The notes under the pieces are model-generated. The model saw nothing but the letters and a program-made list of their open reading frames with translations. It did not search any database and was not told the DNA's origin. From NCBI GenBank assembly GCA_965287045.1, contig OZ336876.1:3348001-3412000 (forward strand): a stretch of DNA of 64,000 nt. Direction: 5' to 3'. This document shows, piece after piece, positions 1-12,699 of this stretch. The position numbers and the translations under genes were made by a program. Positions within the stretch are counted from its first letter, which is position 1. Each line of letters opens with the position of its first letter. Source of the DNA: Carcharhinus amblyrhynchos (lineage: Eukaryota).

Positions 1-220
1 TATTAACTCAGATGATAAGAGCCCATAGTTTTGGAGGTAGTATATTGGCATTGATAGAAAATTAGCAGGAAACAGCCAGTAGAGTTAGAATATTATTTCT
101 CAGGTTGGTGACCAGTAATCAGTGGGGTTCCACAGGGATTAGTAGTGGAACGACAAATATTTATTATTAATGATTGGAGGGAAGAAGCCAATGTCGAGCA
201 GTCAGATTTGCCACACATTG
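1..220 (+). mobile_element. CR1-type LINE RT fragment, degraded
   Basis: GGSILALIE and W.PVISGVPQG-like coding remnants. Confidence 0.7.
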
Positions 221-259
221 GTGGTCATGAATTATCTTATCGAATGCTTAACAACACTT

Positions 260-745
260 GTTGTCTTTCGTGCTAATCTATCCACCCGGTTCACTTCATC
301 TTTCACTAGCCTCGTTTCTTTTAATTGCCTTTATTTAATTGAAACACGGTTGTTTCCTATCCAAGTTTCTAACTTTCAAATTGAATATAAAATTATATAA
401 TGTCATGGTCAATATTTCTAGGGGATCCTTCACTCTAATGCCTTCCGTTAAACCTACGTTATTTCCTATTAAACGAGTTAGGATAGTCTGCTCCCGAGTT
501 GGCTCCATGTATTATTGCTGTAGCAAAGTGCGACTAATGTATTTTATGAATTTGTGGTCAAAATTAATATTGCCAACTTGATTAATTCGATTGACATGAA
601 GATCATTGTAACCCATATTATCGCCCTATCCCTTTTGTATGCTGTTATATGTTACATCCTTTCTTATGGCATGCTATTGGTTGGAGGTCTATACGCTGGT
701 CCAACCAAGGTCTTATTTTCCCTGCTGTTCTTTTACCTCCACCCA
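260..745 (-). mobile_element. Old CR1 LINE endonuclease-region fragment
   Basis: Reverse complement contains gtatagacctcc (VYRPP) and other CR1 EN remnants; appears to resume at about 1760-2000. Confidence 0.6.
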
Positions 746-759
746 ATAACCTATATCAA

Positions 760-1740
760 CCTCAGGGATCAATGATGGGTCCACTGTTATTTGTCACTTA
801 TATTAATGATTTGGATGAGAATATAAGAGGTATGGTTAGTAAGTTTACGGATGACACTAAGGTTGGTAGTATAGTGGATAGTGAATAAACTTATCTCCAA
901 CTGCAACGGGATCTTGATCAATTGGGCCACTGTGCTGCAGATGGAGTTTAATTTAGACAAATGCGAGGTGATGCACTTTGGTAGAGTGAACCAGGACAGT
1001 ACTTACTCAGTCATTGGTAGGGTGTTGGGGACAGTAACAGAGCAAGGAGATCTATGGGTCCATGTTCATAGCTCCTTGAAAGTGGACAGAGTGGTGAAGA
1101 AGGCATTTGACATGCTTGGTTTTGTCGGTTAGAACATCGAATACAAGAATTAAAATGTCTTGTTGAAGTGGTACAAGATATTGGTAGAGCCACACTTAGA
1201 ATACCGTGTGAAATTCTGGACACCTTATTATAGAAAAGAAATTATTAAACTAGAAAGAGTGCAGAAAAATTTACTAGGATATTACCGGGACTTGATGGAT
1301 TGTGTTATAAGGAGAGACTGGACAAACTGAATCTTTCTCTGGACGGTAGGAGACTGAGGGGTGATCTTCGAGAGGTGTATTAACTAATGAGGAGCACAGG
1401 TCAGCTAGATAGTCAATATTTTTCCCTCAAAGGTAGGGGAGCCTGAACCTAAAGAGCATAGGTTTCAGGTGAGAGAAGAGAGATACAGAAGTGTCCAGAG
1501 GGGCAATTGTTTCACGCAGAGGGTGGTGAATGTCTGGAACAAGCTGCCAGAGGTATTAGTAGAGGCAGGTACAATTTTGTCTTTTAACAAGCATTTGGAT
1601 AGTTGCATGGGTACGATGAATATAGAGGGATATGGGCTAAATGCGGGCAATTGGGATTAGCTTTTGGGTTTTAAAAAAGGGTGGCATGGACAATTTGGGC
1701 CGAAAGGCTGGTTTTCATGCTGTAAACCTCTATGACTTGA
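760..1740 (+). mobile_element. CR1/HER1-type LINE 3' part (RT C-terminus + tail)
   Basis: PQGS..GPLLFVTYINDLD, SKFTDDTK, QMEFNLDKCEVMHFG, FTQRVVNVWNKLP, with frameshifts. Confidence 0.93.
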
Positions 1741-2889
1741 TGACTGTACATCATCCGAATATATTTCGACTTCCACAAGTGACATAATTGCTTCTCTTGT
1801 TAAGTGTGCTAACACACCATCTGTTCCTTCCTTCCAACTTTCCAAAATGGCTAATATACCTGGATATAACGTTTCCTGTTCTGAACTCCTTTAAAGCATG
1901 TGAGTGATGTCATATCCATTTATGTTGAGTTATGCTGTCAATTTGTCAACATTATTCTGAATGTTTCGTCCATTAAGGTACATAATCCTTTGGACAACCT
2001 TTGTTCCATCTATAATCACGCTATTTTTTTTCTTTGTGCTATGTCCCTATTTGTCTCTTCATTATGTTGCCTTCGCATTTTAGTGTTCTTACTTCTGTTG
2101 TCCTTCTGTTCTCTCTTTTCCTTGTCAGCCTGCTTATTTTACTTCCCATCTGCAATTCTGGGTTATTTGTGCATGAGACATGAAAGCGAATCATTGGACG
2201 CATTCACCACAAATAGCTTTGGGAACAGAGCCTGATTGTACGTGTAAGGCAAAGATAGATAGATGTTTTCTTTTTTCGTCAAGGAATCATGGCTTGCGGG
2301 GAAAACGCTGTACAGTGACACGTGAGGAACGTTGAATCAGCAATGATCATTTGGAAAGGCGGAACAGAGTTCGACAGGCCAAACAGCCTTCTCCGTTTTC
2401 TTATTCTGATGGGTTTATGGTCCAAGTATGACTAAGACGCCACTGTCGATTATTTAAAAAACTCATCAGCGTCATAAGTTTTCTTTAAGGAAGGAAATCT
2501 GACTTTCTCACTTTGTCTGGTAATCTAGCATTAGATAAGTGCAATGAGAAAGGATTCGTTGACAATTTATACATTAGGGAACCTTTTGGGAGTGCGAACA
2601 TAATATGATGATTTTTTTTGTATCAAATTGGATTAGGGTAATTGATTCTGTGTCTTGAATGTGAATAACGGTAACTATGATGAAATGAGGCATTAGTTTG
2701 TTATAATAGACGAGGGAACGTTCCTGAAAGGAATGACAGTGGGCAGGTAACGGCCACCATTCAAAGAATGAAAAGATAAACTCCAAACCTTCATTATTCC
2801 TATTTGGCGCAAAACAGAATGGGAAATGTGGCCATAACATGGCGTGGAGGAGAAATCCGAGATAGTATTAGCTTAAAAGGAAAAACACT

Positions 2890-3065
2890 GATGTGCAGAA
2901 TAGGTGGATTGGTCATGCTAAGTTGTCCCTTCATGTCAGGGGGATTAGCTCGGATAAATGCATAGTGTGATGGGGTTAGGGCCTGGTTGGTATGTCGGTG
3001 ACTGCAACCCCGGTGGGCCGAATAGCCTTCTTCTGCATTGTTCGATTCTATGATAGTATGATTCA
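2890..3065 (+). mobile_element. HE1-type SINE, 3' part
   Basis: gatgtgcag..taggtggattggtcatgctaa core and gggccgaatagcctt..gattctatgat tail. Confidence 0.75.
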
Positions 3066-3179
3066 CACAAGTTGGCAAGAAATAACAATTAACCTGTCGA
3101 TTGGCAGTAGTTCAAAATTTAACAAACATGGAACAAGTGATTGATTAAACAGGGAAATAAAACAATAACTGGAAATATT

Positions 3180-3545
3180 CAATGTGCATGTAAGTAGATA
3201 AAAGATTGACAAAAATGAATGTAGGTTATTCCCCCTGAATGTAGGTTATTTAACCTTCATTCAGGGGGAATTCCTAATGAGCAACAAAGAAATAGCTGAG
3301 AAATTAAATCCGTACGTTGCTTCTGTCTTCACAAAGGGAGACAAGAATGACGTAATGGAAGTCCTGAGAAATACAAGTTTTGACGTGAGCATAACGGCAC
3401 CAGTAGGGACGGTGCTGGAGTTCATGTTCACTCATTTCGTAGCACAGGATTTGGAAAGCATTGCCATAATCAAACAAAATCACCAGGGATTTCGATAGGG
3501 AAGTCCTGCTTCTGAAATTTACTGGATCTTTTGAACATGTAGAAG
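3180..3545 (+). mobile_element. CR1 ORF2 fragment
   Basis: NKEIAEKLNPYVASVFTK, QNHQGFR.GKSC. Confidence 0.75.
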
Positions 3546-3804
3546 GAGAAACCTTACATTCAGTTTAACAAGAACATCAATCTGCATTTTAAGTGCTATA
3601 AGCTGCAGGGCAAAGGGTCGAGGGCAAAATGGTGGGCGTACAAGGGGCCCCTGGTTTCCCTCGGGCTAACATGGAGAAGATGACTGGAAGGATGCCCCCC
3701 TTTGCTATGGCTTTCCGATGCTCCTATGCTTCTATATAATTAATAGTTGTTGCCACTAAGAACGGTGGATGTCTTTTGATTTGATTTTCAGACAGCTTTT
3801 GGCA

Positions 3805-4115
3805 AGAGTGAACCAGGTAGATTGAGCTAGTGCAGGACTTACTCAGGTCATGGCAAGGCGGTGGCTAGATTTACAGATCAAAGAGGTGTAGGCGTGCATG
3901 TTCGTAGCTCCTTGAAAGTGGAGTCAGAGGTGGACTGAGTGTTGAAGAATGCATTCAACTTTCTTGGCTTCATTGATCAGAACGTTGAATACAGGAGTTG
4001 GGATGTCCTGTTGAAGTTGTATAAGACACTTAAGGCCACACTTAGAATGTTGTGTACAATTCTGGTCACCCTGCTATAGAAAGGATATTAATAAACTAGA
4101 AATAGTGCAGAAAAT
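3805..4115 (+). mobile_element. CR1 RT fragment
   Basis: Homologous to 980-1265 (RPHLE.CVQFWSP.YRKDI.KLE). Confidence 0.85.
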
Positions 4116-4414
4116 GAACACGCAATCACACAGCTAACTGGATTTGCTATTGCGAAATTGAGAATATTATATTAATATCTGTCTGAATGAGCTGCTTTAT
4201 TAAGCTGTAATATATCAACATGGGTTGCTATTACGCAAGGAGATGGTAACATTTTCCCCCGATCATCCGTCGATGCTCTTTGGTTTCTGAAGGAAATTTA
4301 CTAAGATGACTGATAGGTGAACATCTGTGATGGCGTTTCCCTTGTTCTCAACATTACTCAGGTTTCCATATTGATATTTTCCTTCAACTGTTTTCCTCTC
4401 TCATTATTTGAAAG

Positions 4415-4729
4415 ATGATGCCCAAGAGTTACCATCACCAACAATATCGATAGATCCAAGGAGTGGATCATTTGGGGAAGGAAGTTCGGCTCGCATTGAA
4501 TGCAGGACCCCGAGCAACCATGTAGGCAGCACCTTCTATTTGATACAAGTCGGGAAGGACACGCCAATTGCGGAGGAAACTGTTCCAGATGGAGAGGAGA
4601 CGGCTACATTTAAACTCCACAACCTCACCGCCCAACATGAAGGGGAATACCGTTGCTTCTACCGAAATAACAAATCAGGCCAATGGAAGAATTCAAGTTT
4701 CAGCGATCCAGTTCACTTAACCATGCAAG
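4415..4729 (+). CDS. Ig domain exon (LRC/IGSF1/HIDE1-type C2-like)
   Basis: Polypyrimidine tract, then aaag|AT ... CAAG|gtaaga; 315 bp, phase 1-1; LPSPTISI..C..P....STFYL....G ... ATF.L..LT..HEGEYRCFY ... SSFSDPVHL pattern typical of LRC-family domains. Confidence 0.92.
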
Positions 4730-6857
4730 GTAAGACTTTTTTTTCAAACACAAAAAAATGCATATGAAATCTCATTCTTCAACCCGAAAATGCACTTGCT
4801 CCCTCGGGTTGGGACTGAAGACAGGATAAAACACATGGGTAAATTCAACGCTATTGATTGTTGAACTTTTTTACTTCTTAGTCTGATAGACGTGCATGCG
4901 GTATTTTGTTTGAATTTCAACTTTTTTTTTCTGAAGTGGGAAAATATATCCAAATAGGATGGTGCTAATTATAAATTAGTTCATAAACTTCAGTGACTCT
5001 GGTGAAATTTCACCGTATTTAAAAATCCAACATGCGAATATAATTGTCAAAGGACAATTGTATTCCCGCTTCTGGCAGTCGTCAGAAAACTGATTTAACT
5101 ATTTCTGGTGAGGGGTTCAAGAACAATGTTAATGGTATACGCTCAGATCAGGTGCTGTAAACTATTGCTTGAAAACTTGAAGACTCCTGTGCATTTCTGA
5201 AACAAATTTAATGACATAGATGGACTGAACCGCCGCAAGATGTTACTTCATCAACAGGCATTGACAATATATTTTAGAATTCGAAGGGGAAATACAAACT
5301 TATACATCTGCGCAAATGATTAATCTTGTGTGCGCAAATGATTAATATATTAAATTGTAAGATCTCTGCCAATATAGTGGGAAACATTACTGCAGGAGAA
5401 ACAGCTCACGATTATCATTTGAACGAAACATAACGCATTGATATTCAGTTCTAAAGCAGGTTGCCTTTGAAACTTAACATAAACCGGATGCTGCCCCGAT
5501 TTTGACTGACATCCCCTTGAATGATATGATATATATCTTTTATATGAAGAGGAACTCACTGATAAATAACTTTCTTTTTCTGATGACTATTTGGAGCCAC
5601 ATGCGTCAGAAACACATGTAAAGGGAGGACTCTACATAAATGATGGATGATGTAATGGGATTGCATTTTTTTTCCTGTCATATTTGCGGGCTCCAAGGAT
5701 GTCTGGTGCCCCAGCATTCCATTATATCTCGTCTCAAAATGCTGACGTGGTGAAGGGTGTTTGCTGGCGGGTGGGGGCAAGGTGGGAAGGGGTGACTAAT
5801 CTCATTCGAAATTTGCATGAATGCAAGTAACAGGAAATAAATCAGTTCCTTGTATTGTTCACCATTTCAGCATTCACCATTGTAAAATATGATACAGAAC
5901 TTTAAAGTGCCTCGTAATTTAAAGAGCTGAAAGGCCCGCGGCGAGAACACTTGGATAACAATTAATGAATAGTTACTTCAAAGCACACTTTGGCCTTGTT
6001 CTCGCAAGGTCATTCGTCTCAGTCCAAGAATTATAGGATGCATTTAATGCTGGCATTGGAATCAAGAGAAGTCTATTTTATGTAGATAATCATTTGCGCT
6101 TTGATGACAAACTTTGCACCAATGAAACGGAGGTGAAATTGGTTATGGAGTGTTTAAAGAACTGGGTGTGCATATTATCAGGGTGAGATGAATACATCAA
6201 ATGTAAGTACAATGCTGCGGTTGCCAGTAATAAACATTATTGACATTAATTGCACTGATCACTTCAAAAGCGAGGCAGCATCCGTTCAGGGAGAGCACGG
6301 TTGGCTTTTCATATATTGTGAGTTCAAAAGTTCTTGCATCTACAAGTATTGAACTGCCATCAGACTCAGTGCTAACTAAGTTTCCTTTTGCACAGATGTT
6401 GGTTACACCGCTGCATATTGATACATTTGTCGTTTTAATTGAATCTGTTGGATATTGGTGTAATCGTGTGTCTTAGAGGAAGATTTATTATTTAAGCATC
6501 GTTTCTGACATCTGGATCATATGGAACCAACCTTGAAGTATTAACCAGAGACAGACTTTCATTATTGTGACATTTTGAGATGATTAACCATTGGTGCTGA
6601 AAAGTTAAAAAGTCCATGCACGTCTGTCTCAATGGCTTTGGGGCTGCCAATATTACAAAGTCAGTCGTGTTGTTCCTATAGAGATGCCAACAGTTAACAT
6701 TTAAACAATGATTTTCTGTCGGTAATCGTCTTCACATTGTAGCCAAAAGAATGATGTTTAATTCAAGGCCTTGTTAAAGAAGTAATGTTGTTTGACTTCT
6801 GGAATGAAGCATGTCGAATTGTTTTACTAGTTATGCGTTGTCAACTTCATACTTTAG

Positions 6858-6956
6858 GAATGAAAAATAATTGGATGTGGATCGCAATTGGGGCAGGTGC
6901 AGTCGCGTTTATTGTCGTTGTCATAGTGACTGTGTGGTGCATCTGCAAAAAGAAAG
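6858..6956 (+). CDS. Transmembrane exon of HIDE1-like receptor
   Basis: tttag|GA ... AAAG|gtgagt; 99 bp, phase 1-1; WMWIAIGAGAVAFIVVVIVTVWCIC followed by KKK stop-transfer. Confidence 0.9.
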
Positions 6957-7724
6957 GTGAGTACGATCGTTTTAATCGAGTCCATTTTCAGCACGTCCTC
7001 TCTGTTCAATCAAGTTTTCTCGAAATTAATGTTTCAGCATCGACACTAAGGGATAACTCAGGTGGTTGTTCATGACAAATTCTGATCATCCTCTCTGCAC
7101 TGTGTTAATCTGAGGCATGGACTACCTTGTCCAGTAGCATTAGTTTTATGGATGTTGATGTTTATCCAAGTTGATTACATTCCAATTTGTTCATCCAAGA
7201 TTCAGATTTAAAGTAACGTGTTTGTACAATATTTTAAAACCGGTCTTGTGTGCAATTTGTATTATATGTGCTGGACTATAAGCGAAAGAAGAACACCTTT
7301 GCAGAAATTGAATCTCTGCCAGAGACTATAAACCGGGAGTAAATATACATTGACTGATTCCTTACGGTGATATTCCACTGACTTCAAATTCTGAATTTCA
7401 GAATAATCTGCATCAATTTAGCCTTACGTGATCTTCCTACTATTAACCCACTCTTTGGGTTATTGTCGCTTGTCTTGTCCGTTTGATTCACAAAAGAGGA
7501 TGTTGGATGGGACGTGCTCAAGTCGAAAAGGTCTATTTTACTTTCAGCCCAAATATATTATTGTCCCGAATTTAAGAATACTTAGTAACAGTAGCACGTA
7601 GTGGGCAATTTCGTCCATGATCTATCCATGTCTTGTTTTTGTTTTCTATCTGCTAACACACATCATTTTATTAGATTTCAATGTCGATCGACAGTTAAAC
7701 CGTTCGTGCTTTTCTGTCTTACAG

Positions 7725-7752
7725 CCGAAGCCAGGAAAAGGAAAAATGATGG
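7725..7752 (+). CDS. Cytoplasmic exon 1 (AEARKRKNDG)
   Basis: tttctgtcttacag|CC ... GG|gtgaga; 28 bp, phase 1-2; basic juxtamembrane stretch. Confidence 0.8.
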
Positions 7753-9647
7753 GTGAGAAATGTTTAGCTTTCAATTAAATTTCAATGTCGCGGAATCACC
7801 TTCAGCAACATCGTCTCAGGAAATTTATGGAAATGTATATGTTTCTGCTCCCTGATAAATAAACCCAGGGTTATTTATTCATTTAAGTTTACCTGACTTT
7901 TGGAACTTGCACTACGTTATCATCTGAATGCAGAGCTGATTTTATTTTATTATTTCATTCGTTTGCATATCGAAACAATACCGCCTGCTGGTGAAATTCT
8001 GTATAGTTAGAAACGATTGCAAATTTGGTTTGAAAATTCAGGAGCAAAAAAAAAGCACATGTTAATTAAAATAGTTGGAAAACTGAACCAACATCTTATT
8101 TACGAATGTGGATGCTGGATATCACATCGGGTTCCCAATACAGGTAACCTTTTTTTTATTAAGACAAAGACATACGAGAACGCAGAGTTAAAGTGCCCAT
8201 GTGATAGGTAGGATTAGTGAACATCCAACTAAATGACAAAATAGGCTTCGAATATCTAACTTCCATCTTCCCATGTGCCTTCCATTTCCTACAGCATTCT
8301 GAAATGAACTAATTGATGCTACTGTCAGTATCACGGCGTTTGATACGTTGCAACAGTTTTCTGCAGTGACTTTTGCACAGTCACTGTCCTCAAATGTTAT
8401 TCTTATGGAGAAATGTATGTACAGAACGTTAAGAACCTCAGCGCATTTCGGCAATTCGAATGGATGATTGCCGAGTTATATTTTCAGCCCATTTGCCTTC
8501 CTAGTTTCATGGCCTTTCATCATATTCATAGACTCTATCAATGTATGTCTTCAAAGGTACAACTAAACTAGTACATGCACATTTTTGTGTGAAATTTTTC
8601 TGGATTACTATATCGAGTATTGCTCTTCTCTCTAACAATGCATCTAACATTAAGAGCATGTACCCTGCTTGTAGACTTTGCAAGAGCCGTTTTCTTCATT
8701 CTCGAAATGTTTCATCAAAACATTAGACAACGTTTTCAAAATTTTAATTAGAAAGCAGTTCGCTACTCCATAGGATAGCCCATAAAACATAGATTATACG
8801 CAATATTATAAGGACATTAATATTTTAGCAGCCCCCAAACTAAATGTAATATCCCGTTTGATATACTCACAACAACGAAGGCAAAGAATTCGGTTGCGCT
8901 GCTTTATTGCTCAATGGGATGTAATTATTGTTGGTATGACTAAATTCGTTTGACTATTCTGAATTAATCTTGAGAATGTGTTGATTTGCCACTTGAAAGT
9001 ACTTGAATTTATGCCTTGTTTTACACGTATATCGCAGTGTGGAGGAAATGTTATTGGGCATTTGGTAGATGCTTGTTTATCGAGGGAACAATGTTGCACG
9101 TTGTGACAGTCAAGAGAGCTAGTTAGAAAGGTATGGCGTCAAGCACATATCAGGTGAAGTGGTGAGTGCTCCATGATGATCCTGAAGAGTACTTCTCATT
9201 TAAAGTGTGTAGCACCGGTAAGAAGCAAATTTGCAGGTCTGCCGAGTTAAGTGGTTGTCCGAAAATGTTGACATGGAGATATATGACGTGGATAATGAAA
9301 ATGTGATGCGGTTTCGTTATGAATGTTGACTCTTACAGGTTCGAAGGCCATTATGCAGATTATACATTGAGACTTGTGGGACTCAACACATAAAATATTA
9401 ATAAAGCCACATGGATAATTCATGCCCTTTCATAGCCAATGTGAGACCACATAGGATAGTCGCAGTTATTGGAGGAACTTTGCAGACCTCTTGTCCTTAC
9501 CAAGAGAGGTTGGGAAATTCATGACTATATGAGTAATGAAAAAGAAATATACTCAATACAGGGTTTTGAGCTCGTCGATAAACTGAAATAATCACTACAC
9601 ATTTGAGGACCTTTGGCAGTAAAATTACCATCTGCTTTATTTTTTAG

Positions 9648-9691
9648 CTCCAATTTGTGGACGACATTTGACAGCAACATTGACAGTCTAC
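9648..9691 (+). CDS. Cytoplasmic exon 2 (SNLWTTFDSNIDSL)
   Basis: tctgctttattttttag|C ... C|gtaagt; 44 bp, phase 2-1, open in the required frame. Confidence 0.75.
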
Positions 9692-10296
9692 GTAAGTGTA
9701 AACGTTTATATCCAACACAATTTTCCCGAATATTACTTTTATTCGTGAAATAACTGAAACAACATCACAAAACATTTCAACATGACCATCACCGAAAATA
9801 CAAAGACACTTACGTTTTCTACGTAATACATGTTTCACTGTGACGTACTTCAAAACAATTGAAGGGACGTGACATTTCAAATGTTCGGTAGAGAAAAAGG
9901 CAATGAAATTTAAGTAGTTAGCCAATTTTCCACTCGATACTTCTGATAAATTTAACAGCGGTAAAGCATTAAAGGAATACATTAAGATAGACTTCTATGT
10001 AAAATTCTACACTATTCATTTCTGCGTCTGACTTGTTGCAAGGTTTGTCGCTGATAATTCAACAGAAGTGACAAAGACCGTCGTTCAGTATGTAAACTCT
10101 GCATTAAGTTAGATTATGGATTGACATCTTGGTTACAATTATAAAACAAATGTGCTTGTTCGGACGAATATGTGATGCATAGATAGGTTTGCAGCACAGA
10201 ATGCAGAGAAATCCAGCAAGTCAGACACCATGCTGTATTTGGCTGGAAATACAAATATTCTGCTGAGAATCGGCACTACTGGCAGCACCGGATATA

Positions 10297-11305
10297 AAGT
10301 CATAGATTCAGACAGGTTTACAGCATGGAAACAGGCCCTTCAGCCCAAATTAAACACACGGGCCTTTCTTTTTAAGTGAGTCCCAATTGTCCGCATTTGG
10401 CTCATATCCTTCTATGCCTATCTTACCAATATAACTGTCTAAATGTTTTTTAAAAGAGAGAAGTGTACCCACTTCTACTACAACTTCTGGCAGCTTGTTC
10501 CAGACACTTACCACCTTCTGTGTGAAAACAAAATGCCCCTCTGGACACTTTTGAGTCTCTCCCCTCTCGCCTTAGACCTATGGCCTCTAGTTTTAGGCTC
10601 GCCTACCTTTGGGAAAAAGTATTGACTATCTACCTGATCTATGACCCTCATCATTTTATAGACCTCTATAAGATCAACCTCCATCCTTGTATGTTCCAGT
10701 GAAAAGTCCTAATCTATTCAGCCTCTCCTTATAACTGAAAATGTCAAGTCTCAGAGCATCCAAGTAAATATTTTCTCAACTCTTACCAGTTTAATAATAC
10801 TCTTCCTATAATAAAGTGAGTAGAACTGTACACAGTATTCCAAGTGTTTGTTGAAGTTGTACAAATGCCTTGTACAACTTCAACAAGCCGTCCCAAATAC
10901 TATATTCAATGTTCTGACCAATGACACCAAGCAGAATGCCCTCTTCACCATTCTGTCCAGCTATGACTACACTTTCAAGAAGCTATGAAACTGTACCCCT
11001 CGACCTCTTTGCTCTGTAACCCTCCCTAACTCCTTATTATTAACTCAGTAAGTCCTGCCCTGGTTAATCTATCAAACTTCATCACCTCGCATTTATTTAA
11101 ATTTACCTCCATCTGCCTTTTTTATTCAGCCCACTGGTCCAATTGATCAAGATCCCGTTGCAATCCGAGCTAACCTTCTTCACTGTTCACAACGCCATCA
11201 ATCTAGTTGTCAGTTGCAAACTTAATAACCATGCCTTCTATATTCTCATCCACAACATTCATATAAATGACAAAAAAAAGTGGACCCAGCACTGATCCTT
11301 GAATT
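10297..11305 (-). mobile_element. CR1 LINE 3' part, same subfamily as 760-1740
   Basis: Reverse complement matches the tail and RT of the 760-1740 copy. Confidence 0.9.
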
Positions 11306-11489
11306 TGATGTAGAATGTTTCAGAAAATATGTATAATGTACGTGGATAATGGCCCCTGGTTGTCTTCGTGCAAAAGTCACTGAAGGTAACCACACAGTGG
11401 CAGTACAAAGGCCGAATTGTATTTTGGCTTCCAAACAAATTGGATTTGAATACGGGAACATGGATATTCTAATCCATTTAAGCTGCACA

Positions 11490-12060
11490 TTTGTGAGACA
11501 ACACATGGAATCGTCTGTGTCGTTCTGGACGTTTTATCGGAGGATGTTCCTACTGTAGCGGCAGTGCCGAGAAAGTTTTCCAGACTTATTTCTGGGATGG
11601 CTGGACTGACCTTCAACGACTGATTAAGTCAGTTAGCACTATATTCGCTAGAGTACAGAAGAATGAGGGTGAATGCCATAGAAATCTATACAATTCCAAG
11701 AGGATTAGACAGGGCCGATGCAAGGAGGATGCTCCTGATGGTTGGGGGGCACAGAACAAGGGATCACAGTCTGAGTGTACAGTGTAGATAGCTTAGGACA
11801 GAGATGAGAGAAATATCTGCACTGAGAGACTGGTTAGCCTATGGAATCCTAGAGGAAAGTGTTAGGGCCAAAAAAACATTTTATACTTTCAATTGGCTGT
11901 TAGAAATAACACTTGAGGTGAAGGAGCTGAAAGGATATTGTGGGAAGGGGGGATCAGGCTGTTGGACTGGATGGTCAGCAATTATCAGAATGTATGACAG
12001 AGCTGGATGAAGGGCCGAGGGGCTCATATCCACTAAGTTTCCATGAGGTTCACGATATTG
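11490..12060 (+). mobile_element. CR1 LINE 3' fragment
   Basis: LYSLEYRRMR-like segment and CR1 3' tail. Confidence 0.8.
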
Positions 12061-12699
12061 AATAGAATACATGACAAGCTCAAGTTAAGGGATCGGTTCA
12101 TGCACGTCTCCTATAAAGTAGACGAGGAAGATATGCATTCAAAAATTAGAGCAAGGGAACGATTAAGAGGTTTAAAATGGTGTAAATAAAAATCACTGAT
12201 CCGTGGTATTGTATTGCATTGACATAACTTCTCTATTTAGGCAAGAAGGTATGATTTCATAAACCAAGTCAGGACTTGCTAGTCACGAAGGTGTGTTTAT
12301 AACGCGGCCAAACGGCTGATGATCAGCCTGTAGATGTTCCCTGTACACCTGACAACAAGCTGTATTAATGCAAGTGTCTCTTAATCAGCCACAACCTTAA
12401 AAAGCAGGGCCAGTTACTGCAGGCATTTGCCATCCTTACAATATGATTGTCCATATTCAGCAATGTCCTCGTCAAGGTATGGTAGTGGAAAAAAAGAAGC
12501 GGAGATATGACTAATGACGAAACTGCAATAAAATAAATGAATTGACGAAAATACATTTTGACACCAACTTGTGATGACAGCATTGTAGTTTCAGCGGAAA
12601 TCAACCAACATAATTTTACCTGAGCTGTAAATGTTTACTACTAGCAAGATATTGGTGCATTTGAACTTTGAGCAATTATATTCCGTATAAGAAGATAAC

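Noticed and set aside
1900-2235. Hydrophobic 111-aa ORF resembling a membrane protein
   Set aside because: T-rich antisense of decayed LINE sequence; no splice or family support
4330-4414. ATG GCG TTT CCC TTG... (MAFPLFSTLL) as leader exon of the + gene
   Set aside because: The donor would be phase 2 with a 53-bp intron, but the Ig exon needs phase 1; read-through hits a stop
10043-10087. Possible 45-bp exon (FVADNSTEVTKTVVQ) with gtatgt donor
   Set aside because: Open as phase 2-2, but after the better-supported 9648-9691 exon (phase 1) it contains a stop; weak acceptor
12241-12290. Acceptor ttctctatttag with nearby donors
   Set aside because: All three frames stop before the 12290 donor; only an 8-bp micro-exon is possible and the model does not need it
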